Below, piece by piece: positions 19,121 to 30,560 of a stretch of 64,000 nucleotides of DNA (within the stretch, counting starts at the first letter, position 1; every line of letters begins with the position of its first letter). The notes under the pieces were generated by a model. That model had not been told where the DNA came from and did not search any database. It was given only the letters and a program-made list of their open reading frames with translations. Both the position numbers and the translations under genes were made by a program. This stretch comes from Candidatus Eiseniibacteriota bacterium (lineage in GTDB: Bacteria > Eisenbacteria > RBG-16-71-46). The stretch spans positions 1,856,001 to 1,920,000 of the forward strand of contig OY970342.1 of assembly GCA_963717505.1 (NCBI GenBank), read 5' to 3'.

Positions 19121-19921
19121 GTGAACGGCGGGCACGCCAACGGCAACGGCGTGGTGAACGGCGCGCGCCCAGCCACCCATGCGACCCGCCGCGAAGCCGC
19201 CCACGAGCCGATCGAGTTCCGCGGTCTGCACGTGGCCTGCATCATGGACGGCAACGGCCGCTGGGCGACCTCGCGGAACATGCCGCGGGTCGCCGGCCAT
19301 CGTGCCGGCGTCGAGACCGTGCGCGCGATCGTCGAGGCCGCACCCGGGTTCGGCATCGGCACACTGACGCTCTACGCGTTCTCGTCCGACAACTGGCAGC
19401 GCCCGCGGCGCGAAGTCGCCGCCCTGCTCGATCTGCTGCGCCAGTACATCCGGCGCGAGACCGAGCGCTGCGTCCGTGACGGCGTGCGGGTCTCGTTCAT
19501 CGGCCGGCGCGACCGGCTGAGCGATGCCGTCGTCCGCTCGATGGAGCAGATGGAGGCGGCGACGCTCGCGGGTCGCAACCTGCACCTGCGGGTCGCCGTC
19601 GACTATTCGTCGCGCGACGCGATCCTGCGCGCCGCCGCGCGCGCGCCGGCGGGCATCGAGCTGGATCGCGACCAGTTCCTGCACATGCTCGCCGATGGCG
19701 ATCCGCCGGTGATCCGACCGCGCTACGTCGACCTGATGGTGCGCACCGGCGGCGAGCAGCGGCTGTCGGACTTCCTGCTATGGGAGTGCGCCTACGCCGA
19801 GCTGTACTTCACGCCCCAGCTGTGGCCGGACTTCGCCGCCCAGGACCTGGAGCGCGCGGTGGCCGAGTACCACCGGCGTGACCGGCGCTTTGGCCGCGTT
19901 CCCGACGCGGCCGTCAGCTAG
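19121..19921 (+). CDS. uppS: cis-prenyltransferase (polyprenyl diphosphate synthase, UppS family)
   Basis: [26 protein letters not shown] and [21 protein letters not shown]. Start is GTG 19082 or 19121. Confidence 0.9.
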   Translation: MNGGHANGNGVVNGARPATHATRREAAHEPIEFRGLHVACIMDGNGRWATSRNMPRVAGHRAGVETVRAIVEAAPGFGIGTLTLYAFSSDNWQRPRREVAALLDLLRQYIRRETERCVRDGVRVSFIGRRDRLSDAVVRSMEQMEAATLAGRNLHLRVAVDYSSRDAILRAAARAPAGIELDRDQFLHMLADGDPPVIRPRYVDLMVRTGGEQRLSDFLLWECAYAELYFTPQLWPDFAAQDLERAVAEYHRRDRRFGRVPDAAVS

Positions 19922-20022
19922 CCAAAGCACACCTGCCGGAACACCAATCGACGGACCGCTGCGCCGCGAACGTTACTGCACACTTGTGCCCGTGACGGAT
20001 ATGAGCCTAGAATGCGGCCGCC

Positions 20023-20919
20023 ATGCGCGTGGAGTACCGCGAGGAGCCCTGCCGGACCGCTCTCAACGAAGTCCGCGGGATGCCGTTCCGGTGGTCGCTC
20101 AACCCCTACACCGGATGCGCGCACCGCTGCGCCTTCTGCTACGTGCGCGCCTTCGAGCAGCGCGCCGACCGTCCGGCCGATGGCCGATACGGGTGGTCGA
20201 TCCGGGTCAAGATCAACGTCGCCGACGTGCTGCGCACCGAGCTGGCCCGCCGTTCCTGGCAGCGCGAGACCGTGGTGCTCGGCGCCGCGACCGATCCCTA
20301 CCAGCCGGCCGAGGGGCGATACCGTCTGACTCGCCGATGCATGGAGGTCCTGTCGGCTGCGAGCAATCCGTTCGGTCTCATCACGCGTGGCCCCCTGATC
20401 GTCCGAGATCGCGACGTGCTCCAGGAGGCCTCGAAACGCGCCAAGGTCTCGGTGCATCTGTCGGTGCCGACCGTCGATCCCGACGTCTGGAGCAGGACCG
20501 AGCCCGGAACCGCGCCTCCGCACCAACGCCTGCGCGCCGTGCGCATGCTGGTCGACGCCGGGATCGACGCCGGAGTCGCGATGGCGCCGATCCTGCCCGG
20601 GATCTCGGATCGACCGGATCAGCTCGAAGCGGTGGTGCGCGCGGCACGCGATGCCGGTGCTACGCGATTGTGGGGTGGGGCGGTCTACCTGCGTCCGGGA
20701 ACGCGTGAGCACTTCTTCGAGACGCTGGCCCGGCACTGGCCCGAGCAGCTGGGGGAGTACCAGTCGATGTTCCGGGAGCGCGCGTACCTGCCGACCGCCC
20801 GGACCAAGGCGATCTCCGACCAGGTCCACGAGCTCAAACAACTTCACGGCATTCGCGATCGTCGGCTTCACCCGCTGCGACCGCCGCCCGGGCCGGACCA
20901 GCTCGAGTTGGCGGTCTGA
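20023..20919 (+). CDS. Radical SAM protein (SplB-like / Rv2578c-type)
   Basis: SLNPYTGCAHRCAFCY (CxxxCxxC), TDPYQPAEG and EPGTAPPHQRL. Confidence 0.88.
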   Translation: MRVEYREEPCRTALNEVRGMPFRWSLNPYTGCAHRCAFCYVRAFEQRADRPADGRYGWSIRVKINVADVLRTELARRSWQRETVVLGAATDPYQPAEGRYRLTRRCMEVLSAASNPFGLITRGPLIVRDRDVLQEASKRAKVSVHLSVPTVDPDVWSRTEPGTAPPHQRLRAVRMLVDAGIDAGVAMAPILPGISDRPDQLEAVVRAARDAGATRLWGGAVYLRPGTREHFFETLARHWPEQLGEYQSMFRERAYLPTARTKAISDQVHELKQLHGIRDRRLHPLRPPPGPDQLELAV

Positions 20920-21050
20920 CCCAAAGCTTCTTGGGGCGCTGCGGGGTGGAAGAGTAAGCTCGGGCCACGAACAGGACGTTCGGATGCTCCCCGCATCACG
21001 AGCCGACGCTCGTCCACGCGCCCGCGAGTTCGGCTGCTCAGGAGTGAGCC

Positions 21051-22385
21051 ATGCGTCTGGACCTGCGGTTCCCGCTGCTCGCCCTTGCCCTGCTCACGTT
21101 GTCGTGCGCCAGCTCGTCGCAACTGGCCAGGCGTGCTGACCGTGCGCTTCAGAAGCAGGATTTCGACAAGGCCTATCGCGAGGCCAGGGCCTCGCTCGAC
21201 AAGGACTTCTCGAACCAGCACGCGCGCGAGGTCATGTCGGCCGCGGCGGACGTGCTGATCCGCAGACAACAGCAGGGCATATTGAGTGTCGCCGACTACG
21301 ACACGCTCGCGGCCGCCGAACAGCTACTGGATCTGCGCGGGTTCGTCGACGAGGTGCGCCGCTACGAAGCGGAGCTGCCGATGAACCCCGAGTTCGACGA
21401 GGCTGCGCGTCGCATTCGCCAGGGTGCGGCGGGCTACCTCTACGCCGCCGGCCGCGCCTACGAGGACGCCGGGAGATTCCGCCAGGCGTACCGCAGCTTC
21501 GAATCCGCGATCCGCTTCGTGCCCGGCTACTCGGATCTCGGCACCCGCATGCCCACGGTGTTCGAGCAGGCGCTGATTCGCGTCGCGGTCGTCCCGTTCC
21601 TCGACGAGACCGGGCTGCCGCTGCTGGCTCTCGAGCTGGACGCGCAGATGATGGCCGAGCTGGCGCGGCCCCTGGGCGAGACGCGCTTCACCGAGCTGAT
21701 CCCGAGCGCACAGGTGCGCGCTCACATGGAATCCGGCGATGAGGGAGACCTTTCGCGCGATCGGGCGCTGGCGGTCGGCAAGGCGGCGGGCGCCGGCGTG
21801 GTCGTGTGGGGTCGCCTGCGCGGACTGCGCAGCGAACATCACGTCGACCACTACCACGGACACCTCTATCGAAAGACCTCGTATGAAGACACCTCGGGTG
21901 TCGAGGTCGACCGCTACCACGAGGTTCCGTTCGACGCGACGCACCGGCGGCGCGAGGTCGAGCTGCGCTGGGAATCGGAGGCCATCGACGTCGCCACCGG
22001 CGGCACGCTGCTTCGCGACGGCGGCGAGGCGAAGGCCTGGGCGCGCACCGTGTACTCCGATTTCGGCGGCGAGGGCGATCCTGACGATTACTGTCTCTAC
22101 ACGTCGGACATGCGCCGGCAGGATTGGGCGCGGTGCGACCGCCTCGACAACGATTGGCACGAGGTCTTCGGTCGATGGTCCGTGCCCCAATTCCTCGAGC
22201 AGACCCGCGAGCACCACGACCGGCGTCAGTACCGGTCCCAATATCGAGGGGAGTTCCGCCGAGGCCGGGGCGGCGACCCCTTCTACCTCGACGACCTGCC
22301 GGTGACGTCGGACCTCGCGCTGCTCGCACTGAGCGAAGTCCCGAGCCGGGTGCTCACGGGCCTGCTCGAGTTGGAGAACCGATGA
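21051..22385 (+). CDS. Hypothetical lipoprotein with TPR-like and CsgG/TolB-N-like regions
   Basis: Lipobox LTLSC after a hydrophobic stretch; helical TPR-like part; RVAVVPF motif; AGGAG RBS. Confidence 0.7.
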   Translation: MRLDLRFPLLALALLTLSCASSSQLARRADRALQKQDFDKAYREARASLDKDFSNQHAREVMSAAADVLIRRQQQGILSVADYDTLAAAEQLLDLRGFVDEVRRYEAELPMNPEFDEAARRIRQGAAGYLYAAGRAYEDAGRFRQAYRSFESAIRFVPGYSDLGTRMPTVFEQALIRVAVVPFLDETGLPLLALELDAQMMAELARPLGETRFTELIPSAQVRAHMESGDEGDLSRDRALAVGKAAGAGVVVWGRLRGLRSEHHVDHYHGHLYRKTSYEDTSGVEVDRYHEVPFDATHRRREVELRWESEAIDVATGGTLLRDGGEAKAWARTVYSDFGGEGDPDDYCLYTSDMRRQDWARCDRLDNDWHEVFGRWSVPQFLEQTREHHDRRQYRSQYRGEFRRGRGGDPFYLDDLPVTSDLALLALSEVPSRVLTGLLELENR

Positions 22386-23164
22386 CCACATCGAGATGCG
22401 CTGTAATCACGGGAGCCGCCCAAGGAATCGGACGCAGGACTGCCGAGACGTTCGGCCAGGCCGGCTACCGCCTGGCGCTCATCGACCTGCGCATGCCCGA
22501 AGCAACGCTCGATTCACTCCGCTCACTCGGCGCGGAGGCCTTCGCCCACACCGGGGATATCACGAAGGAAGACGTCATCGAGGTTTTCGCGCACGAGGTG
22601 CACGACCGCTTTGGCCCTGCGGATGCGCTGGTGAACAACGCCGGCATCGCATTCATTTCGCCGGCCGAGCTCACGTCCGCTGCCGACTATCGACACGTTC
22701 TGGAGGTGAACCTGGTCGCCCCGTTCCTCCTCGCCAAGGCGTTCGGCACACGAATGCTGGCGGCGCAGCGCGGCAGCATCGTCAACGTGGCCTCGGTCGC
22801 TGGATTGGTCGGCGTCGCCGATCGCGCCGCCTACAACGCCTCGAAGCACGGGTTGATCGGACTGACTCGCACACTCGCCGCCGAATGGGGCGGGCGCGGC
22901 GTTCGCGTGAATGCCGTGTGCCCCGGCTGGGTCAAGACCGAGATGGATGTGGTCTCTCAGACCGAAGGGCACTATTCCGACAGCGACATCACCGGCCGCG
23001 TGCCCATGGGCCGCTTCGCCTCGCCCGATGACGTCGCCAACGCGATCCTGTTCCTCGCCGATGGCACGAAGAGCGCCTTCATCAACGGCGCGGCACTCAC
23101 GGTCGACGGTGGCTGGACGGCCGACGGCGGCTGGGAGTCGTTACGTCACAGCCACCGGTCATGA
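22382..23164 (+). CDS. SDR family NAD(P)-dependent oxidoreductase
   Basis: TGAAQGIG, NNAG, YNASK and VNAVCPG; ATGA overlap with the lipoprotein gene. Confidence 0.92.
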   Translation: MTTSRCAVITGAAQGIGRRTAETFGQAGYRLALIDLRMPEATLDSLRSLGAEAFAHTGDITKEDVIEVFAHEVHDRFGPADALVNNAGIAFISPAELTSAADYRHVLEVNLVAPFLLAKAFGTRMLAAQRGSIVNVASVAGLVGVADRAAYNASKHGLIGLTRTLAAEWGGRGVRVNAVCPGWVKTEMDVVSQTEGHYSDSDITGRVPMGRFASPDDVANAILFLADGTKSAFINGAALTVDGGWTADGGWESLRHSHRS

Positions 23165-23184
23165 AGTGCCGGGTGCTCTGACCG

Positions 23185-23700
23185 CTACGGCAGGTTCGAG
23201 CGCGGGTCGCTCGGCGGCAGGTCCTGGCGGCCGTGGCCGAGCGCGTGGGTGACGGCGGTCCCGGCTTCCTCCCAGAAGCTGTAGTCCGGGTACTTGCCGG
23301 GGCCGTCGATCAGCAGGTCTTCCTTCTCGTAGATCAGCTCGCGGCCATCGGTCTCGGCCATCTCGAAGTCGGTGGTCATCTGGAGCGCCAGCGTCGGGCA
23401 GGCTTCGGCGCACAGTCCGCAGAAGATGCAGCGGTTGAAGTTGATGCGGAATGCCGAGGGGTAGCGGCGGCCGTCTTCGCGCTCGGCGGGCTGGATGGTG
23501 ATGCAGTCGACCGGGCACGACGCGCTGCACAGGTGGCAGGCGACGCAGCGCTCCTCGCCGCTCGGGTCGCGGGTCAGCACGATGCGCCCGCGGTAGCGGA
23601 ACGGTACGTCGGGCTTCTGCTCCGGGTACTGGATCGTCACCGGCTTCTTGAACATCTGGCGCAGCGTCACGCCCATTCCGGTGATGATTTCTTTCAGCAT
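23185..23700 (-). CDS. nuoI: NADH-quinone oxidoreductase subunit I
   Basis: [20 protein letters not shown] and [12 protein letters not shown] (two 4Fe-4S motifs). Confidence 0.93.
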   Translation of the reverse strand: MLKEIITGMGVTLRQMFKKPVTIQYPEQKPDVPFRYRGRIVLTRDPSGEERCVACHLCSASCPVDCITIQPAEREDGRRYPSAFRINFNRCIFCGLCAEACPTLALQMTTDFEMAETDGRELIYEKEDLLIDGPGKYPDYSFWEEAGTAVTHALGHGRQDLPPSDPRSNLP

Positions 23701-23716
23701 CGGTTCCCCGTGGGCG

Positions 23717-26106
23717 TCAGGCGGTGGCGAGCGACGCGATTCGAGCGACCGCGCCCTGGGCGGTGCCGGCGGGCCACGCCACATCGCGTGAGAGCAGCAG
23801 TGTACCCGCGGGCACCGTCGCATGCACGCGGACCGCGAACTCGATCGTCGCGCCATTCAACGTCAGCGCAGTGCTACCGCCGTTTCCGAAACGCTGGGCG
23901 TCGGCGGCCGATACGTACGCGAGCGCCGGGCCGGCCATCTTCTGGATCGGTGCCGAGACGCGCGAGAGCAGTTCGCTGCCCAGCGTGCGATCCATGCGAT
24001 AGACCGCGAGGCCATCGCCCGACGATGCGAACGCGGGAGCCGCGGACGCTGGAGCCTCGAGCGCCGTGAGGTCGAGGCGCACGCCTTCGCTGCCGGCCTG
24101 GAGGTCGGCGAGCGGCGCCCAGAGCGGGGTCGCCCGCGCGCATGCGGTGCGCAGCTCGGCGAGCGAACGCGCCCGCGGCTGCCCGACCGCCGACACGCGA
24201 AGCGCCTCGAGCGCTTCCCACGCCATGCGCGCCGAACTCTCGGGCGGAGCCACGTGGTAGTCGCGCGGGAAATCCTCGTTCTGAACGCGATCGCGCACCG
24301 AGAGTCCGGGCAGCCGCGCCGGCGCGAATGCCTGGAGCCGTCCGCCGCGGTTCACGTAGCTGCCCTGGGACTCGTAGGTCACGGTGGTCGGCAGGAACAC
24401 GTGCGCGGCCTCGTGGAGCGTGCCCGGCAGATAGTCGAGCACCATCAACAGATCGAGCTTGCGGAGTGCCGCAACCGCTTTCGCGTCCCACGACGAAACT
24501 TCGCACTCGACCAGGACCGCCGCGCGCAACTTGCCGGCGGCGAGGTCGGCGAGGATGCCCGCGAGGCCGCTCCGGGCCATGGCCGTAGCACCGAATCCGT
24601 TGGGACCCGGGAACAGGCAGCCAAATCGCGTGGCAGCCTGGCGCACGCGCACGGCCTTCGCGAGTGCGGCGCCCGCCACGTAGGCCGGGCCGTCCATCAG
24701 GTCCGAGCCGAGCAGGATGCCGGGTCGCTGGGCGGAGCCGAGCGCATTCGCTGCGGCGTCGAGACCTTCGCCCCCGGTCGCGCCGAGCTTCGCGGTCAGG
24801 GACGCGAGTGCGGCGGCGATCTGGGTCGGCGCGGTGGAGATCACGGTCGCGACATCGTTCAGGTAGCGCTCGATCGGGCCGACGACGAACACCTTGCCGC
24901 CGCGCCGCGCCACCTGTCGTGCGGCCAGGGCGGCCATCGGTGCTTCGTCGATCAACGAGGCGCCCGCCACGAGCAGGACGTCACAGTGCGCGATATCGGC
25001 CTGATCGAGCGACTCGCAGCCGGCGGCGGTGATCGCATTCAATGCAGCGACTGCGCGAGCCTCGCGTTCGACTTCGTCGAAGTGCGCGATCTGAACACCG
25101 GCGAGCGGCCCGCTCGCCAGGGCATCGAGCGCGACGTGGGTTTCGACCGAGGCGCGAGCCGAGGTCACGAGCGCGATGCTCTGAGCACCATGCTCGCGCG
25201 CGATCGCGTGCAGCGCGCCGCCGGCCAGGCCGATTGCTGCCGGCCAGTCGCCGGTCTCGCCCTGGACCCGGATCGCCCTGGGGCGCGCGGGGTCCATGAC
25301 GTAAGCGTGCCCGAACTGGCCGCGGTCGCACATGAAGCGCCGTTGACCGCCGGGTTCTCACGCACGCGCACGCGCTGCAGCTCGCGATGGCGTGCACCGG
25401 GATGGACGTTGCAGCCGACCGAGCAGTGCGGGCACACCGACGGCGCGATCTCGAGGTCCCACACGCGCGACTTGAAGCGGAACAGCTTGTCGGTGAACAC
25501 GCCGGTCGGGCACATCTCGACCAGGTTGCCCGAGAACGGACTCTCGAACGGTCCGTCCTCGAAGCGGCCGAAGTAGACGCGGTCGCGGCTGCCGGTGACG
25601 CCGAAGTCGCGGCCGCCGGCGTACTCCTGGTAGAAGCGGCTGCAGCGATAGCAGGCGATGCAGCGATTCATCTCGTGGACGATGAACTCGCCCAGGAACT
25701 GGTTCTCGAACGTGCGTTTCGGGATCTTCATGCGCCGCTGCCCGTGGCCGCCGGCGATGGTCAAATCCTGAAGCTGGCACTCGCCGCCCTCGTCGCAGAT
25801 CGGGCAGTCGTGCGGGTGGTTGAGCATCAGCCACTCGATCACGCTCTTGCGCAGGGCGACCGACTCCTTGTCGAGTGTGGTGACCTCCATGCCGTCTTGC
25901 GCCGCGGTCATGCACGCCATCACCGTGCGCGGTTTGCCGTCGCTGCCGGTGACCGTGCACGCGCACACCCGGCACGAGCCGACCGCTCCGAGATCCTTGT
26001 GATAGCAGAACACCGGGATCGGCACTCCGGCCTTGAGCCCGGCCTCGACCAGGTTGGTGTTGGGCTCGACCGTGATCTTGCGGCCGTCGATCAGGATTTC
26101 AGGCAT
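23717..26106 (-). pseudogene. nuoG: NADH-quinone oxidoreductase subunit G, split by one frameshift near 25338 (probably a sequencing indel in an intact CDS)
   Basis: IPVFCYH, GSCRVC, NHPHDCPICDEGGECQLQD, RCIACYRC and CPHCSVGC; continues in another frame as (F)MCDRG. Confidence 0.88.
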
Positions 26107-27415
26107 GGCTCATTTCCGGCGATGGCGTCCGGGCTCCCGGGAACGTGCAGCGTCCGGCCCGAACATGCTCTTCGAGAACGTGGCGGAAGTGCGCGTACAG
26201 ACCCTTCACCGGCTCGGCGGCGCCGCGCGGCGTGCGCGCAGAACGAATTGGGTCCGATGTGGCGATAGAGTTGGTCGAGCCAGTCGAGATCGGCCATGGT
26301 GCCGCGGCCGTTCTCGATGCGGCTCGAGGATCGCGACGCCGAACGGCAGTCCGTCGCGGCACGGCGTGCAGAACCCGCACGATTCGCGCGCGAAGAACTG
26401 CTGCAGATTCAGCACGCCCGCGCACCGGGCAATCGTCCTCGGAGAACACGATGAAGGTGCCGGTGCCGAGTCGGCTGCCGACCTTGGCCGACCGGCTCGA
26501 AGTCGAGCGGGACGTCGAGATGGTCCGGTGTCAGGAACGAAGTCGAGGCCCCGCCCGGGATCACACCCAGCAGCTTCTTGCCGCCGCGCACGCCGCCCAT
26601 CTCGCTCATCAGCTCGCGCAGCGTGGTGCCGATCGGCCGCTCGACGCACATCGGGCGCTCGATCGAGCCGCGAGCCGCCGTAGAGCTTGGTGCCCGCGCC
26701 CTCGGGATTCCTGGCCAGACCCTTGAACCACGCGGCACCGTTGCGGACGATTCCGGGAACGCACGCGAGCGTCTCCACGTTGTGCACCGTAGTCGGCCGG
26801 CCCCACAGGCCCTTGGTCGCCGGGAACGGCGGCTTGGCGCGCGGCTGAGCGCCGGCGGCCCTCGAACGCGTTGAGCAGTGCAGTCTCCTCGCCGCAGATG
26901 TAGCGGCCGCCACTCCGGTGGACAGGATGTCGTACGACCACCGTGTGCCGGCGACACCGTCGCCCAGGTATCCGGCACGACGCGCTTCGTCGATCGCGGT
27001 CTCGAGTGCTCTCGCCTGCGGGAAGTACTCGCGGCGAATGAAGATGAACCCGTCGGTCATCTCCATCGCCCAGCCGGCAAGAATCATGCCCTTCGATCAG
27101 GACGTGCGGGTTGTTCTCGGCGATCACCCGGTCCTTGAACGTGCCGGGCTCCATCTCGTCGAAGTTGCATACGAGGTACTTGGGGCCGCCGTCGTGCTTG
27201 TCGCCGCTCGGGACGAACGACCACTTGAGGCCCGAGGGGAACCCCGCGCCACCGCGGCCGCGCAGTCCCGAGTCCTTGATCATCGGGATCAGGTCGGCCG
27301 GCTTCATGTCCTTGAGCGCGCGGTCGACCGCCTGATAGCCGCCGGCCGCCCGATACTCGTCGAGCGAGGCGGCGACCCCGTTCCTGGCTTTGGCGGCGAG
27401 CAGGACGTCGGTCAT
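26099..27415 (-). pseudogene. nuoF: NADH-quinone oxidoreductase subunit F with about 8 single-base frameshifts (possibly an artefact)
   Basis: SGLRGRGGAGFPSGLKW, DEMEPGTFKDR, YICGEETALL, RAKPPFPA, NVETLA, ESCGFCTPCRDG and SFCAH are spread over all three frames. Confidence 0.88.
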
Positions 27416-27422
27416 GGGCTCG

Positions 27423-28094
27423 CTACCAGCGGATGCCGGCCATCACCGGGAGCACCATGGTGTCGACCCCTTCGGTGAATGCGTGGTGGAAACGCACGTC
27501 GATGAACAGCGAGGAACTCTGCTCGATCTCCATGTCGATGCCGAAGCCGACGTTGTAGCCGAACGCGCCGGACTCGCGGCTGCCGGTGATGACCTCGCCC
27601 GGCACCCAGCCGCCTCCGAGCCATCCCCACCACGGGTCCCAGTACGGGGGGATGTAGACCAGCGCGTTCTGGGTGATCTGAACGTTGCGCTTGTAGAAGC
27701 CAACCCCACCCGTTATCCAGGGCACATTGTCCCCCGTGGGATTGAACCGATAGACGCTGTTGAGGGTGATCGACCACAGGCTGGAGTAAGCGTTGTCGAA
27801 AGTGATCGAGTCCGAATTGGCGTGTTCGAGCACCACCGGGTCGACCGACAGCCAGTTGTGGGTCCACTCGACCTGCATCGACATCTTGGGCGACAGGTTC
27901 CGCCCCAGCGCGAACGCCATCACCCCGCTGGAGTTGAGGAACTCGTTGAGGTCCCCGACCGGACTGGTGACGCCGCCGGCCGCGAAGCCGGTGCCGCGGC
28001 GGAAATAGCCGCCGGCCGAAGCGTCGGCGACCATCAGGGTCGCGCTCAACAAGAGTCCGGCCATCATTCCGAATCGAATCGACTGCTTCTTCAC
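27423..28094 (-). CDS. Outer-membrane beta-barrel protein (OmpA/OmpW-like barrel)
   Basis: GTG after AAAGGAG; signal peptide ending ASA; amphipathic strands PWITGGVGFY, FGYNVGFGID and LFIDVRFH; C-terminal aromatic residue (GIRW). Confidence 0.8.
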   Translation of the reverse strand: MKKQSIRFGMMAGLLLSATLMVADASAGGYFRRGTGFAAGGVTSPVGDLNEFLNSSGVMAFALGRNLSPKMSMQVEWTHNWLSVDPVVLEHANSDSITFDNAYSSLWSITLNSVYRFNPTGDNVPWITGGVGFYKRNVQITQNALVYIPPYWDPWWGWLGGGWVPGEVITGSRESGAFGYNVGFGIDMEIEQSSSLFIDVRFHHAFTEGVDTMVLPVMAGIRW

Positions 28095-28137
28095 GCTGCC
28101 CGCTCCTTTGTCCGGTCGTGGTGCTGCGATCAACAGT

Positions 28138-28671
28138 TCATCCCTTGCGAATCTTGCCGACCAGCGCCCGCACCGACGCGGCATCGGTCGTGCAGGGTCC
28201 GTGGATCGTTTCGCCGGCCAGCAGGCACGGGGCTTTTTCGCAGTGGCCGAGGCACACGATCGGCAACAACGTGATCTCGCCGTCGGCGGTGGTCTCGCCC
28301 GGGCGAATGCCCAGCTCGGTGGACACGCGCTCCAGCAGCGTCGCCGCCCCGGTCAGGTGGCACGAGATGCTGTCGCACACGAACACCACCTTCTTGCCCG
28401 CCGGACTCCGGAACAACAGGTTGTAGAACGTCGCGACTTCGTCGACCTCGGCCGGCGTCATCATGCAGCGCGCCGCGACCCGTTGAACCGCGGCATCGTC
28501 GATCCAGCCGTGGCGCTGCTGTTCGTCCCACAGCGCGTCGACCACGTGCTCGCGCGCGACCGCGCGCTCGTCGGGTCCCAGCTCCATCCGCACCGGATTG
28601 CCGCGGACGTCGAGCTTGGGCGCCGTAGCCTGGGCGCCGAGGGAGCGGGGCTCGCGCTTCACGTCGCTCAC
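28138..28671 (-). CDS. nuoE: NADH-quinone oxidoreductase subunit E
   Basis: EVATFYNL, VCDSISCHL and CLGHCEKAP 2Fe-2S motifs; GTGA overlap with the nuoD stop. Confidence 0.9.
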   Translation of the reverse strand: MSDVKREPRSLGAQATAPKLDVRGNPVRMELGPDERAVAREHVVDALWDEQQRHGWIDDAAVQRVAARCMMTPAEVDEVATFYNLLFRSPAGKKVVFVCDSISCHLTGAATLLERVSTELGIRPGETTADGEITLLPIVCLGHCEKAPCLLAGETIHGPCTTDAASVRALVGKIRKG

Positions 28672-30560
28672 TTGTCGATGTCTCCGAGCACGAAGTCGAT
28701 GCCACCCAGCGTGATCACCAGGTCCGAGACCTTCTGGCCGCTGCACCATCATCGGCAACGCCTGGATGGTGCGGGAACGACGGCGTGCGGATGAACACCC
28801 GGTAGGGCAGGTTGCGTGCCGTCGCTGATCACGTGGTATCCGTACTCGCCCTTCGAGCCTTCGGTCGCGACGTAGGCTTCACCGGCCGGCGGCACGAAGC
28901 CACGCGACACGTTCACGAAGTGATGGATCAGGCTCTCGATGTCGTGGAGCATGCGGCCCGGCTCCGGGATCGAGTAGCCGATATTCGGGCGTGATGTAGT
29001 CGCCGTCGGGCATGTGGCGCACGCATTGCTCGATGATCCGGTAGCTCTGCCACATCTCGGCCATGTGGACCAGGTAGCGGTCGTAGTTGTCGCCGGTGGA
29101 CGCGGTCGGGACGTCGAACTCGAACTTGTCGTAGCCGGAGTAGGGCGTGACCTTGCGCAGGTCCCAGCGGAGCCCGCAGGCGCGCAGGTTCGGTCCGGTG
29201 AAGCCCCAGGTCGATCGCGTCGTCGAGCGAGATGCCGCCGGTGTCGCGGCAGCGGGCCACGAAGATCGGGTTGCCGGTCAGCAGTTTCTCGACGTCGCCC
29301 ATCTGCTTCGGGAAGCGCTTGAGCCAGGCTTCCATGTCGTCGCGCCAGCCCTCGGGCAGGTCCTGGGCGACGCCGCCGATGCGGAACCAGCTCGGGTGCA
29401 TGCGCCCGCCGGTGACCTTGGCGACGAAGTCGAGGATCTGCTCGCGGTGCTCGAACGTGAAGAACACCGGGGTCAGGGCACCCGCGTCCTGCGCGAACGT
29501 GCCGATCCACACCTGGTGGCTGATGATCCGGAACAGCTCGGCCATCATCACGCGGATCACCTGGGCGCGCTCGGGCACCGTCGACGCCGAGCAGCGTCTC
29601 GACCGACAGCACGTAGGGCAAGTTGTTCTGGACGCCGCGACAGGTAGTCGATGCGGTCGGTGTAGGGCAGGAAGCGGTGGTAGGTCTGGCGCTCGGCGAT
29701 CTTCTCCGGGCCGCGGTGGTGATAGCCGAAGTCGATGTCGAGGTCCTCGACGTTCTCGCCGTCGAGCTTGAGGATCAGCCGGATCACGCCGTGGGTCGCC
29801 GGATGATTCGGCCCCATGCTCATGATCAACGTGCCTTCCTCCTCCTGCTTGTACTGCGGGTAGTCGTCGATCGCCTGCTCGAAGGCGAGCACGTCTTCCT
29901 GGTTGAACGGCGCCATCTCGGAGCCGCGGTAGGGGTGATCCTTGCGCAGCGGGTGCCCTTCCCAGCACGACGGCATGTACAGGCGGCGCGGGTCGGGATG
30001 GCCGTCGAAGCGGATGCCGAACATGTCCCACATCTCGCGCTCGTACCAGTTGGCGGCGCGGGTAACGCCGAGGTCGCCGTCGGCAGGTGCGGGTTCTCGG
30101 CGCCGAGATCGACCGCCAGGCGCACCTGGGGCTTGCCCGGCTCGAGCGCGGCCAGGTGATAGATCGTGCGGAATCCAGCGCCGCGCGGCCGGTTGTCGAT
30201 GGCGCACGCGTACTCGAGCCGGCGGAAGCGTGGGGTGGCGTCGTGCTTCAGGTACTCGAGCGCGGGCCCCAGCTGCTCGGGCCTCACGCGCCAGGTCAGC
30301 GTGTCGGACGGGCCGAAGTTCTGGTGGTCGCGCTTGAGCTCGCCGAGGCGCTCACGCAGGCCTTCCTCGACGGTTTCGAGTCCGTCGGTCCGCGGCGACA
30401 CAGGCGAAGGCGGCGTCCAGGTCGGCGTGTACGCCGCCGGCAGCCCGCCGTCGGGTCGGACGATGGTGCCGCGCGGCCGCGTGCCTTCGAGCCCCGGGCC
30501 ACGCGGATCGTCGGTGGTGGTGACGCCGACGATGCGTGGCGGCTTGATGGTGCCCGAGGT
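28668..30560 (-). pseudogene. nuoCD: NuoC/NuoD portion of an apparently fused nuoBCD gene, multiply frameshifted
   Basis: [71 protein letters not shown] and DFVLGDIDK-stop across changing frames. Confidence 0.85.

Noticed and set aside
19930-20000. Possible LexA/SOS box upstream of the SplB-like radical SAM gene
   Set aside because: GAAC-containing words are present, but no GAAC-N4-GTTC, GAAC-N7-GAAC or CTGT-N8-ACAG match.
20968-20982. CGAAC-N5-GTTCG palindrome before the lipoprotein gene
   Set aside because: Spacing does not match the N4 Cheo box, it is single copy, and it has no supporting context.
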